This document shows positions 1 to 8,795 of a stretch of 37,407 bases of DNA, piece after piece. Position numbers and translations under genes: made by a program. The notes under the pieces were generated by a model, which did no database searches, was not told where the DNA came from, and worked only from the letters and a program-made list of their open reading frames with translations. The stretch covers positions 1 through 37,407 of the IMG/VR virus record IMGVR_UViG_3300045988_109372; one strand, given 5' to 3'. The stretch's first letter is position 1; each line of letters starts with the position of its first letter. Origin of the DNA: a virus.

Positions 1-59
1 GCGGCAATTGGAACAGCGGCGATTGCAACAGCGGCAATTGGAACAGCGGCGATTGGAAC
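1..59 (+). repeat. 15-bp coding tandem repeat (AACAGCGGCRAYNNN), left-edge part
   Basis: About 4 in-frame units (gcggcaattggaac / agcggcgattgcaac ...). Positions 1..36 are identical to 37372..37407. Confidence 0.9.
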
Positions 60-419
60 AAGTGTAGCTTTTCCAATGGTTGTTTTAACACCACAAGTCC
101 GAAAATTTACCTGTTCAATAAGCCGTCAAGCTGGACATATCGTGATTGGCTGAATAGTGAAGCTTGTTATCTGATTGAGCAGATATCGGAAAATTTAGTA
201 CAGTGGGTTCAGTATTCCGATATGACAGATGAAGAAAAGGCAGAACACCCGGAAGCTGAAACTACGGACGGTTATCTGAAAAAACTGGATGATTCCGAAT
301 TTGCCGTTCTTTGGTGGTCTGAGCTTTCTGATTGTCAAAAGGCAATTATCACAGCAATCCCGAACTTCGACAAAGCTATTTTCAAAGAGATCACCGGGAT
401 TGATGTAGATACGGATTAA
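1..419 (+). CDS. 3' part of a wrap-around pentapeptide-like repeat protein (NSG[DN]x repeats plus a non-repeat C-terminal domain)
   Basis: The frame is open from the window edge (codons at 3, 6, ...) through the listed ORF 222..419 to TAA 417..419. It starts with in-frame 15-nt units encoding NSGNW/NSGDC. Frame and repeat match the ORF leaving the window at 37167..37407. The tail (FNTTSPKIYLFNKPSSWTYRDWLNSEA...MTDEEKAEHPE...PNFDKAIFKEITGI) resembles, from memory, the non-repeat tail of phage pentapeptide-repeat proteins. Confidence 0.75.
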   Translation, partial: GNWNSGDCNSGNWNSGDWNKCSFSNGCFNTTSPKIYLFNKPSSWTYRDWLNSEACYLIEQISENLVQWVQYSDMTDEEKAEHPEAETTDGYLKKLDDSEFAVLWWSELSDCQKAIITAIPNFDKAIFKEITGIDVDTD

Positions 420-433
420 GAGAGAGGAAAGAA

Positions 434-574
434 ATGAAGTTTAAAGTTAGCACAACGGTTACTTCCTATAAAGAGGTAATGGCAATTGTTCAGGCACTTG
501 CCGGTATTGTGAACAATATCAATGTAACAGACTGTGAGGGCGAGGAGGACGAAGACGATGATGATCAGATATGA
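434..574 (+). CDS. Small hypothetical protein (46 aa, acidic tail)
   Basis: ATG 434 follows GAGAGGAAAGAA. The translation is MKFKVSTTVTSYKEVMAIVQALAGIVNNINVTDCEGEEDEDDDDQI. It is shorter than the ORF-track cut-off and its end overlaps the next ORF. Confidence 0.3.
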   Translation: MKFKVSTTVTSYKEVMAIVQALAGIVNNINVTDCEGEEDEDDDDQI

Positions 575-800
575 TACCCCTATTGTTAAACCTGCCGCCG
601 ATATGATGCCTGGTGATATATTCCGCACTCAGTACGGCGAGTACGGCAACTGGTGCGAGTTTGTGTTTGAAAGTTGCAACAAGTACCCCTTTGGAATGAC
701 TGAAACGCATTTTCACAGAATAGGGCAAACGCAGAGTGAGACGTGCTATGCATGTGCAAAAATAGATAAAAAGATCTATGTCGTTGTCGGCAAAGAGTAA
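558..800 (+). CDS. Hypothetical protein (80 aa)
   Basis: ORF 534..800. An ATGATG at 558 lies 9 nt after GGAGG (544..548), so the ATG start is preferred over GTG 534. No family was recognised. Confidence 0.45.
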   Translation: MMIRYDTPIVKPAADMMPGDIFRTQYGEYGNWCEFVFESCNKYPFGMTETHFHRIGQTQSETCYACAKIDKKIYVVVGKE

Positions 801-879
801 AAAAAGAGCTCCCGTAAGGGGGCAAAACAAACAAAAACGTTATTACAGTGATTATATCACAACATGAAAGGAAAGTCAA

Positions 880-2193
880 TTGATAAAAGACAATTACACC
901 TTTAAAGAAATAATCGAGGCGCAGAAAAAGCCTCTTGAAGAGAAAATACATCTATCTGTGGATGTTCTCAGAAAAGCGTATGCTCTGAGCCGTCACAATG
1001 TGGCGATTGCCTTTTCGGGCGGAAAAGACAGCACGGTGGTTGCTGATCTTATAGAACGCTTTTTGCCAACAGAGTTTTCAAAAACATTCTGCATATTCGG
1101 TAACACAGGCGTTGAATTTCCTGAGAGCTTGAAATTTGCACGGAGCTATGGCAAGGAACACTTCGGAGAACGCTTCAAAGAAACTAAGTTTCTTGAGTTA
1201 AAAGAGCCTGAACTTAGATACGATTTTGCAAAAAAGATAGTACAGCGACTTGAAGAAGAAAACGCACTTGATGAAATCTTAAAGCCGGACGGAAAGTTGA
1301 AAGGTCAGAAAGCATTGATTAAAGCGGCAGAAAAGAGAGGATATATCCTCGACCGTTCTAATTGCTTCCCGATTGGTACAAAGATGACATTTGCATACTG
1401 CTTGGAGCAATATGGCGCTCCGCTTCTCGGTAAATCTGCGTCAAAACTTGATGCGCATCGTATAAACATCGAATGCTTTTTGAAATACTCAGACACTGCT
1501 TCGGAAAAAGATGAACTGAAAGAGTATTACGACACATTGAGAGAATGTAAATACTCTCAGCATTGTTGCACGTTACTCAAAAAGAAACCGAGTGAAAAGA
1601 TACAGGCAGAGCTTGATTGCGATGTTATTATAAAGGGACTTATGGCGGCAGAGAGTCATACAAGAATGGTAAATTTTGCAACAAGAGGTCATATTTTTGC
1701 AAGCCATAGACCTCATGTTAAAGATGGCTCATTCTATCATGTATCGCCGATTGCGATGTGGACCGATGATGACATTTGGGAGTATATCCATAAATATGAC
1801 GTAGAATATTCGAGTCTTTACGACATCACATACACCGATAAGGATGCCAAAGAAAAGCATATCAAGCGCAACGGATGTATGTTTTGCGGTACGGATATTC
1901 AGTTCAAAGATAACCATCTTTCTGTTCTTCGACAAACACATCCTAAAGCATATCGTGTTTGTATGGATCAGTATGGATATAAGCATGAGTTAAACAAGCT
2001 CTTTGAAATGAAGAAAAATCAAAACATCTTAGCGGCAACAACCGATTTAGGCAGAACAGCAAGAATGATAGATGCAGCAGGAGAACAGCTTACGCTTCTT
2101 GACGTGCGACCTTGCGCTTATGATGATTTTGCCGAGATGGTTGATCTGAAAGGAACGGGACTTGATAATGAATACGATCCTGATGCGAATTAA
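880..2193 (+). CDS. PAPS-reductase-family (PP-loop ATP pyrophosphatase-like) protein with a large internal insertion
   Basis: TTG start 6 nt after AGGAAAG. It has the PP-loop motif AFSGGKDST, then CCTLLKKKP, AAESHTR and a C-terminal NGCMFCG, which is the usual PAPS-reductase layout. About 115 extra residues sit between the PP-loop and the CC motif. Confidence 0.8.
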   Translation: MIKDNYTFKEIIEAQKKPLEEKIHLSVDVLRKAYALSRHNVAIAFSGGKDSTVVADLIERFLPTEFSKTFCIFGNTGVEFPESLKFARSYGKEHFGERFKETKFLELKEPELRYDFAKKIVQRLEEENALDEILKPDGKLKGQKALIKAAEKRGYILDRSNCFPIGTKMTFAYCLEQYGAPLLGKSASKLDAHRINIECFLKYSDTASEKDELKEYYDTLRECKYSQHCCTLLKKKPSEKIQAELDCDVIIKGLMAAESHTRMVNFATRGHIFASHRPHVKDGSFYHVSPIAMWTDDDIWEYIHKYDVEYSSLYDITYTDKDAKEKHIKRNGCMFCGTDIQFKDNHLSVLRQTHPKAYRVCMDQYGYKHELNKLFEMKKNQNILAATTDLGRTARMIDAAGEQLTLLDVRPCAYDDFAEMVDLKGTGLDNEYDPDAN

Positions 2194-2316
2194 ATTATAA
2201 GGAGGAAAACAGCATAATAATTTCAGAAGTTTATTCACTACATACAGACACAGTAATCACGATCTGTTCGTAGCAAAAGCAAAGCAGTTTTTTACGAAAA
2301 TGACGGAGGAGATATA

Positions 2317-2781
2317 ATGCCATCACTTTATGACATCGACACCCGCCTGTACTTGCTCTTAGATGAGGATACAGGCGAAATCACAGACATCGAAGCGTTT
2401 GAGAAGATACAACTTGAGCGTGACGAGAAAATTGAGAACATCGCTTTATGGGTTAAAAACCTCAAGGCAGATGCAGAGGCACTCAAAGCTGAAAAGCTGG
2501 CTTTTGCCGAGCGCCAGAAAGCCGCTGAAAAGAAAATCGACAGCTTAAAGCACTTGCTGTCGGACGCTCTCGGCGGTCAGAATTTCAAAACGGCAAGAGT
2601 AGCGCTGTCTTTCCGCAAGAGCTCAGAAATACAGATAGACGATATTGAGGAGCTCTCAGACGAGTACCTGAGATATAAAGCACCTGAGCCTGACAAGGCG
2701 GCAATAAAAGCAGCAATAAACGAAGGAAAGGAGGTAGCAGGTGCAAAACTCGTAAGTAAAATCAACCTGCAGATAAAGTAA
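2317..2781 (+). CDS. Siphovirus Gp157-family protein
   Basis: The N-terminus is LYDI..LLDEDTGEI. A central coiled coil reads ENIALWVKNLKADAEALKAEKLAFAERQK, and the C-terminal part reads PDKAAIKAAINEGKEVAGAKL. This matches the remembered Gp157 consensus, and the gene heads a Gp157/ATPase/DUF669 replication-recombination module. Confidence 0.75.
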   Translation: MPSLYDIDTRLYLLLDEDTGEITDIEAFEKIQLERDEKIENIALWVKNLKADAEALKAEKLAFAERQKAAEKKIDSLKHLLSDALGGQNFKTARVALSFRKSSEIQIDDIEELSDEYLRYKAPEPDKAAIKAAINEGKEVAGAKLVSKINLQIK

Positions 2782-3419
2782 TGGGAATACCGGTTTTAAT
2801 TGTCGGGCGGAGCGGTAGCGGCAAAAGCACATCGCTCAGGCATTGTCAGGACTTTGCCGTGTTTAACGTAATCGGCAAGCCGTTGCCATTCAGAAACCCG
2901 CCTAAGACGTTAAGCACCGACGATTACAGCAAAATAATCAACGGGCTGTATAAATGCAAGGCTAAGTCGATAGTGATAGACGACGCAGGTTATCTGATGA
3001 CTAATCAGTTTATGCGTGGACATTCGTCGACAGGAGCAGGTAATCAGATATACAGCTTTTACAACAGCGTTGCGGATCAGTTCTGGGGGCTACTCGAGCA
3101 TATCAAGGCGCTCCCACCCGACAAGATAGTTTACGTTATTATGCACACCGATTTTGACGATAACGGCAATATGAAGCCTAAAACTATCGGCAAGCTGCTT
3201 GACGAAAAAGTCTGCATAGAGGGAATGTGCACAGTAGTGCTCAGAAGCGTTTATGATAACGGCAGATACGTATTCCTTACGAATAAGGAGGACGATACGG
3301 CACTTGAAAAAACGCCTATAGATATGTTCGCAGATACAGCTATAGACAACGACTTAAAGATGGTAGACAACACCATCAGAGAATATTTTAACATAACGGA
3401 GGATAAAGAAAATGCTTGA
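2781..3419 (+). CDS. P-loop ATPase (Sak4/AAA_24-like recombination-module ATPase)
   Basis: Walker A GRSGSGKST is near the N-terminus, with a Walker B-like IVIDDAG. The start overlaps the Gp157 stop (ATG at TAATG). The position matches known Firmicute phage modules. Confidence 0.7.
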   Translation: MGIPVLIVGRSGSGKSTSLRHCQDFAVFNVIGKPLPFRNPPKTLSTDDYSKIINGLYKCKAKSIVIDDAGYLMTNQFMRGHSSTGAGNQIYSFYNSVADQFWGLLEHIKALPPDKIVYVIMHTDFDDNGNMKPKTIGKLLDEKVCIEGMCTVVLRSVYDNGRYVFLTNKEDDTALEKTPIDMFADTAIDNDLKMVDNTIREYFNITEDKENA

Positions 3420-4008
3420 ACCTAAGGGCTATAAAGATGTACAGGAATTTGGCGAGTACGAAAAACTTGCTCCGGGCGGTCACGTCATGAAGATACTTAA
3501 GGTCGAGGAAACGACCTCAAGAAACGGCGATGATATGATAAAAATCTATCTCGACACTGACAAGAGCGACACACAGCCGGGCTTCTTCAAGAAGCGCTAC
3601 GACAACGATAACAGGGAAAATAAAAAGTGGGGCTGTATAGTAAATCAGCTTGTTCTCGACACCAAGACGGGACTTGCAAGCAGAGGTTTGAAGACATTCC
3701 ACACTTGCGTTGAGAAATCGAACAGCAGTAGCTTCAAGCTCGTGTGGGGCGACAAGTACGCCGACAGCTTCAAGGGTAAGCTCGTCGGCGGCTTGTTCCG
3801 CAACGAGGAGTATCTGAAGCAGGACGGTAAAACAACAGGTTGGGCGGTTAAATTCATGGCGTTCCACTCGGTCGGTGCTGTGCTTGAGGGCTTAAAAGTT
3901 CCTGACGATAAGCCGCTTGATCAGGGCAACGCTATGGGCAATTTCGGCAGTGTGATAGCACCACCGCCTGAAGCACCCGCACCTACAGACGAAGATTATC
4001 CATTCTAA
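3412..4008 (+). CDS. DUF669-like phage ssDNA-binding-type protein with an SSB-like acidic C-terminal tip
   Basis: The N-terminal YEKLAPGGHVMKILKVEETTSRNGDDMIKIYLD pattern is typical of DUF669. The C-terminus ends ...PTDEDYPF, resembling the bacterial SSB tip DDD[IL]PF. The gene sits between the ATPase and the helicase. Confidence 0.7.
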   Translation: MLEPKGYKDVQEFGEYEKLAPGGHVMKILKVEETTSRNGDDMIKIYLDTDKSDTQPGFFKKRYDNDNRENKKWGCIVNQLVLDTKTGLASRGLKTFHTCVEKSNSSSFKLVWGDKYADSFKGKLVGGLFRNEEYLKQDGKTTGWAVKFMAFHSVGAVLEGLKVPDDKPLDQGNAMGNFGSVIAPPPEAPAPTDEDYPF

Positions 4009-4030
4009 GATATAAGAGAGGTAAAAGCCA

Positions 4031-5878
4031 ATGGCAACAGAAGATATTGAAAAGTTAAAGCCTGTCGAGGAATTCACAAAAGAGGATTTTCTCACGGGAC
4101 TTGCGCCGTATCAGTATTGCTGTGCTTTTCTTGACGATCCTTTCGAGTTCGAACGTGCAAAGGCAAGAGTGACCGAGCGGGCGGCAGAGCTTAAAATAAG
4201 AAGCTTTATGACTCTGCTCGGCAACTACTGCCGAAAGTACGAGAAAAATCTTTCGGAAACCTTTACGGCTACAAACTTCCCACTCCAGCCGGTTCAACTT
4301 ATCTGCGGTAATTACATCTGCGATTATACCGGAGTGTCGCTTGACGGCGAAACTGTCTGCCCACACCCGATAATGCCGATAATGCGACTTTGCAATATCG
4401 ACACGGGCGCTGAAAAAATAAAAATAGCCTACTCACGAGGCGGAAAAGCGTTCCGATATCTGATCGTTGATCGCAAGACGATATCATCGGCGAACAAGAT
4501 CGTTGACTTGTCAGACAGCGGTATAGCTGTGACAAGCGAAAGCGCAAAAGCACTTGTAAAATATTTTGCAAAAATCGAACAGCTTAACCCTGAACTACTT
4601 CCCGAAACCGAATGCGTTACTCGCATGGGCTGGATTACGCAGGCAGATGAGCAGCTTGATTTTGCGCCGTATATCGACAGTATAGCGTTTGACGGCGAAG
4701 CAGAGTATAAGAAGCACTATGACAGCGTAAAGACGGCGGGAGATATTCGTAAGTGGTATGAGGTGATATATCGTAATATACGTTTGAAGTCGGTAGCGGC
4801 GAGAATGGTCTTTGCTTCCTCCCTTGCGTCTGTGCTTGTAAAGCCGCTCGGCTGCAACTGCTTCTGGGTGCATTTATGGGGCGAAACAGAAAGCGCAAAG
4901 ACAGTTCTTGCGATGACTGCGGCGAGTATATGGGGCAACCCCGAAATAGGCGATTATATCATGACTTTTAATGCTACAACCGTCGGAATGGAAAAGACAG
5001 CGGCATTTTATAACAACCTGCCGTACATATTGGACGAGCTGCAGATTATCAACGATAAGCGTGATCTGGACAATCTGATATATATGCTGACTGAGGGCTC
5101 AGGTAGGAGCAGAGGTAACAAACTCGGCGGACTTGACGCAGTGCCAAAATGGAAGAACGCAGTGATAACAACGGGCGAACGCCCGATTACAACAGCGCGC
5201 TCCGGCGGCGGATCTGTTAACAGAGTTATTGAGATCGAGTGCAAGGAAAAATTCTTTGACGATCCCAGACACGTTGCAAATACGGTAAAGGCAAACTATG
5301 GATTTTTCGGCAAGATGTTCGTGCAGAAGTTGATAAAAGACGGCTTTGGACACGCTGAGGAGCTGTTTGACGGCTATCAAAAAAAACTGATATCAGAGTA
5401 TGACATAATGCAGAAACAGGCGCAAAGCGCCGCTCTGATACTCACAGCGGACACGCTGATGTGCGAGATGCTTGGCGTAGAAGAAACAGCGCTGAAAACG
5501 GAAGAAGTAGCGGAGTTTTTAAAGACAAAGGCTTCCGTAAGCGTCAACCCGAGAGCATATGAGTACATGTGTAGCTTTGTTGCGCTGAACTCCACGCGCT
5601 TTGTTTATAACCCGGACAAGCCTATCGATCAGTGGGGAGTGCTTCCCGGTGACAAGCAATCGGTGTATATAGCGGTGCCGGTGTTTCGTAAGGTATGTGA
5701 AGAAGAAGGGTACAATTCTCAAGCGTTGCTATCATACCTGCGTGACAATCATCTTATTGAGATAGACAAAAAAGGCAAAAACTCTGTAAACAAGCGGGTT
5801 AATGGCTTAGGCACACGGTGCGTGCACTTGACGCTTCCGTCGGAAGACGATGCAAAATACGACGATATAGATTTTTAA
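4031..5878 (+). CDS. DUF927/VirE-like SF3 replicative helicase (primase-helicase type)
   Basis: It has a Walker-A-like HLWGETESAKT, followed by WGNP...TFNATTVGMEKTAAFYNNLPYILDELQ (Walker B DE). This matches the remembered DUF927 core. It lies immediately upstream of the iteron origin. Confidence 0.65.
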   Translation: MATEDIEKLKPVEEFTKEDFLTGLAPYQYCCAFLDDPFEFERAKARVTERAAELKIRSFMTLLGNYCRKYEKNLSETFTATNFPLQPVQLICGNYICDYTGVSLDGETVCPHPIMPIMRLCNIDTGAEKIKIAYSRGGKAFRYLIVDRKTISSANKIVDLSDSGIAVTSESAKALVKYFAKIEQLNPELLPETECVTRMGWITQADEQLDFAPYIDSIAFDGEAEYKKHYDSVKTAGDIRKWYEVIYRNIRLKSVAARMVFASSLASVLVKPLGCNCFWVHLWGETESAKTVLAMTAASIWGNPEIGDYIMTFNATTVGMEKTAAFYNNLPYILDELQIINDKRDLDNLIYMLTEGSGRSRGNKLGGLDAVPKWKNAVITTGERPITTARSGGGSVNRVIEIECKEKFFDDPRHVANTVKANYGFFGKMFVQKLIKDGFGHAEELFDGYQKKLISEYDIMQKQAQSAALILTADTLMCEMLGVEETALKTEEVAEFLKTKASVSVNPRAYEYMCSFVALNSTRFVYNPDKPIDQWGVLPGDKQSVYIAVPVFRKVCEEEGYNSQALLSYLRDNHLIEIDKKGKNSVNKRVNGLGTRCVHLTLPSEDDAKYDDIDF

Positions 5879-5880
5879 GC

Positions 5881-6150
5881 GTTACACCTGGTACACCTGA
5901 GTTACACCATAGGTGTAACGGCTAGATTGGCTCTGCGAGCGGTTTTAAGGGCAATGTTACACCTGTTACACCTTTTTTGGGTATAACGTTATATTCTGTA
6001 TAAACAATTTTATCGTTGTATTTATATAGATTTTTTCTATAGAGAAATGCGTTTTTAGGTGTAACGGTGTAACATAGTCGCTCAATCGCAGTCACAGAGC
6101 GGTTTCGCAGTGTTACACCTTAGGTGTAACACTGGTGTAACGGGTGTAAC
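5881..6150. repeat. Putative origin of replication: 12 copies of the 8-mer GTTACACC/GGTGTAAC around an A+T-rich core
   Basis: GTTACACC occurs at 5881, 5901, 5956, 5965 and 6112, with a variant GGTACACC at 5890. GGTGTAAC occurs at 5912, 6058, 6066, 6123, 6134 and 6143. There are two palindromic pairs (5901..5919 and 6112..6130). An A+T-rich stretch spans 5973..6056. The region is non-coding, between two helicase genes. Confidence 0.75.
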
Positions 6151-6177
6151 GCAGAAAGGAGGACAACACGCAGATAT

Positions 6178-7485
6178 ATGCAACTATATGACTATCAAAG
6201 CACTCTGATAGATAACCTGTCACGATCCTGGCGTGAGGGCTATAAGCGGCCGTGTATTGTCCTTCCGTGCGGAGGCGGTAAGTCGGTCATAGCATCAGAG
6301 ATAGCAAAGCGTACAACAGATAATCACAATCGTGTCCTGTTTATGGTACACAGGCAGGAGTTGTGCGATCAGATATACAGCACGTTTAACGGATACGGCG
6401 TTGATATGGATTTATGCTCTGTCAACATGGTGCAGACAATATCACGGCATCTGCAAGAAATTAAGCAGCCTACACTGATAATAACAGATGAAAATCATCA
6501 CTGTGTTGCGAGTACATATCGCAAGGTATACGAAGCGTTTCCGAAAGCGTACTGCGTGGGGCTGACAGCGACACCGGTACGACTTAACGGCGGTGGGCTG
6601 GGAGAGATAAACGATAGGCTCATAGAAGGTCCTACAGCAAAGTGGCTGATAGAAAACAACAGGCTTGCACCGTATCGGTATTATGCTCCTGCTCTTGCAG
6701 ATTGCTCACGATTGACATCACGATGTGGTGATTACTCGGCGGAAGACGTTGAACTGCTGATGGACAAACCTAAGATATACGGCGATGTTATAAAGTTTTA
6801 CAAGCAGTTATCGGACGGCGGTAAGGCAGTATGCTATTGCGCAACGATAAAACACAGCACAGCAATGGCACAGCAGTTTTGCGACGCAGGTATACCAGCA
6901 CGGCATATTGACGGTAGCACGCCTAAAGCAGAGCGTGCACAGGTAATATCAGACTTCAGGACAGGCAAGATTAAGATACTCTGTAACGTTGATCTTATAT
7001 CTGAGGGCTTTGATGTTCCAGACTGCTCGGTGTCTATACTTCTCAGACCTACAAAATCATTAACTCTGTATATACAGCAGTCTATGCGCTGTATGCGGTA
7101 TCAGCCGGGTAAGACAGCTATCATCATAGATCATGTCGGAAACGTACACAGACACGGGCTACCGGACGCAGAACGCAAGTGGACGCTTGAACCGAAAGCG
7201 CCGACGAAAAAGCAAGCGCAAGCGGAGATCAAGATAAAGCAATGTCCTGAGTGCTATTTTACTCACGAGCCTGCCGATGTCTGCCCGAACTGCGGGCATG
7301 TCTACGAAAAAACACAGCGAGAAATCAAGGAACAGCAGGAAGCAAAGCTGATTATGATTACGAGTGAGTATCAAGACGTTACTCAGTGCAGAAGTATTCA
7401 AGAGTTATATGCATATGCAAAACTCAAAGGGTACAAGCCCGGTTATGCGTATGTTAAAGCTAAGGAGTGGGGTTGGTTCAGATAA
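6178..7485 (+). CDS. SF2 DEAD/DEAH-box helicase (ResIII-type) with a C-terminal zinc ribbon
   Basis: Walker A PCGGGKS, DExH box ITDENHH, TATP, helicase-C motif QQSMRCMR, and a CPEC..x..CPNCG zinc ribbon. An AGGAGG RBS precedes ATG 6178. Confidence 0.85.
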   Translation: MQLYDYQSTLIDNLSRSWREGYKRPCIVLPCGGGKSVIASEIAKRTTDNHNRVLFMVHRQELCDQIYSTFNGYGVDMDLCSVNMVQTISRHLQEIKQPTLIITDENHHCVASTYRKVYEAFPKAYCVGLTATPVRLNGGGLGEINDRLIEGPTAKWLIENNRLAPYRYYAPALADCSRLTSRCGDYSAEDVELLMDKPKIYGDVIKFYKQLSDGGKAVCYCATIKHSTAMAQQFCDAGIPARHIDGSTPKAERAQVISDFRTGKIKILCNVDLISEGFDVPDCSVSILLRPTKSLTLYIQQSMRCMRYQPGKTAIIIDHVGNVHRHGLPDAERKWTLEPKAPTKKQAQAEIKIKQCPECYFTHEPADVCPNCGHVYEKTQREIKEQQEAKLIMITSEYQDVTQCRSIQELYAYAKLKGYKPGYAYVKAKEWGWFR

Positions 7486-7793
7486 GAGAAATTGACATAC
7501 AAAACAGCATACGCCTTGCGTTAAGCGAAAAGTGCGTTATATTCCGTGCAAATGTTGGCGTATTCAGCACAGCGGACGGAAGAACGGTATCGACAGGACT
7601 TCCGAAAGGATTTTCGGATCTATTCGGGTATCGAAAGTCTGATTGCAAGGCGGTGTTTATCGAAGTGAAAACGGCAACAGGCAAGGTAAGACCTCAGCAG
7701 GAGCAGTTTCTGAACGCTATGAAAGGCTACGGAGCTATCGCAGGGGTATGCAGATCAGCGGAGGAGGCGCTTAAACTGATTGATGACGGCTGA
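7467..7793 (+). CDS. VRR-NUC domain nuclease
   Basis: GFSDLFGY ... AVFIEVKTATGKVRPQQEQFLN matches the D..(E/Q)xK VRR-NUC core. The GTG start at 7467 is uncertain. Confidence 0.8.
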   Translation: MGLVQIREIDIQNSIRLALSEKCVIFRANVGVFSTADGRTVSTGLPKGFSDLFGYRKSDCKAVFIEVKTATGKVRPQQEQFLNAMKGYGAIAGVCRSAEEALKLIDDG

Positions 7794-8127
7794 TGAGATA
7801 ATCGAGCTTGCAAAGCACAATACACCGCTCCCGGATGATGCAACGCTTGCGGAGGGGTTATTGTATAAATCAATGCGTCTGACGTATGCGGCATTTCGTG
7901 AGGGAGAGATAACAAAAGAACAAGGCGCACAAGAGCGCAAGCAGGCAGTAAAGCAGTTTGACAAATACCAGCTGTACGAAAAAGTGTACAGAAACAATGC
8001 AAAGCGTGGCAAAACGATAGGCGAGTTACTTTGCGAAGTGAATAAACACGGCTGTGAACTGTGTAAAAGAATGGCTAAAATTTATGACGGAAGAGAGGCG
8101 CTTAAGGATGAACGGAGAGAAGATTGA
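7780..8127 (+). CDS. Hypothetical protein (115 aa)
   Basis: Same-strand ORF packed against its neighbours, with an ATGATG start overlapping the VRR-NUC stop. No family was recognised. Confidence 0.5.
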   Translation: MMTADEIIELAKHNTPLPDDATLAEGLLYKSMRLTYAAFREGEITKEQGAQERKQAVKQFDKYQLYEKVYRNNAKRGKTIGELLCEVNKHGCELCKRMAKIYDGREALKDERRED

Positions 8128-8458
8128 TCATCCCGAATACTACAAAGGCAATAAGTATGAAGCAATAGATATCATTGATGACTATCAGCTTGGTTTTAAT
8201 CTTGGCAATGCTGTCAAGTACATACTCCGAGCAGGCAAGAAAGGCGATACACTCGAAGACTTGAAGAAAGCAACGTGGTACATCGAACACGAGATATGCA
8301 AGCTGATGAATGAGCAGGAGGAGAGAAAAGAGAAACGCTCTAAGCGTTGCTCCGAGTGCAAATGGTACAAAACAAATGATTGCACGATGGCTTACTGGGT
8401 ATGTCAGGGCACGGACATACGCAATTATACTTGCTGTATGTGGGAGGCGAAAAAATGA
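8108..8458 (+). CDS. DUF3310-family protein with a Cys-rich C-terminal extension
   Basis: IDHPEYYKGNKYEAIDIIDDYQLGFNLGNAVKYILRAGKKGD..EDLKKATWYIEHEI matches the remembered DUF3310 consensus. The ORF is open from 8054. ATG 8108 is chosen because the domain starts there, so the start is uncertain. Confidence 0.65.
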   Translation: MNGEKIDHPEYYKGNKYEAIDIIDDYQLGFNLGNAVKYILRAGKKGDTLEDLKKATWYIEHEICKLMNEQEERKEKRSKRCSECKWYKTNDCTMAYWVCQGTDIRNYTCCMWEAKK

Positions 8459-8793
8459 AATCACATATTGCAGGAAGCAGTCTTACAAGCAAGGCAAGCC
8501 TTGAAGACGCAATAAAGCACGGCGAAATGCAGGAGTTATTTGCATTATATCGTATCTGCATTGCCATTGCCGCTAATGAGGCGTTCGGCTTTGGCAACGA
8601 TCGCCTGAAGAAGCTGTTTGATGCAACAGACGAGGCTATTCAGGTATTTGATGATTATGCAGGCTGTATAGGCGTAAGCAAATCAAGAGGGTATCTTGAT
8701 ATGGATACAGGCATTACAAAGCTGTTACAGATAGCAGAGAGCAGAAATATAGATCTTGCGTACATCGCAGGTATACGGATTATGGAGGTGTAA
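8455..8793 (+). CDS. Hypothetical protein (112 aa)
   Basis: ATG 8455 overlaps the upstream stop (ATGA) and follows GGGAGG. The upstream part of ORF 8380.. lies inside the previous gene. Confidence 0.55.
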   Translation: MKSHIAGSSLTSKASLEDAIKHGEMQELFALYRICIAIAANEAFGFGNDRLKKLFDATDEAIQVFDDYAGCIGVSKSRGYLDMDTGITKLLQIAESRNIDLAYIAGIRIMEV

Positions 8794-8795
8794 AG

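Noticed and set aside
5881-6150. CRISPR-like or MITE-like interpretation of the GTTACACC repeats
   Set aside because: The repeats are only 8 bp, occur in both orientations with irregular short spacing, and flank an A+T-rich core between replication genes. An iteron origin fits better.
8380-8454. Upstream extension of ORF 8380..8793
   Set aside because: It lies wholly inside the DUF3310 gene in another frame. ATG 8455 has an RBS and an ATGA stop-start overlap.
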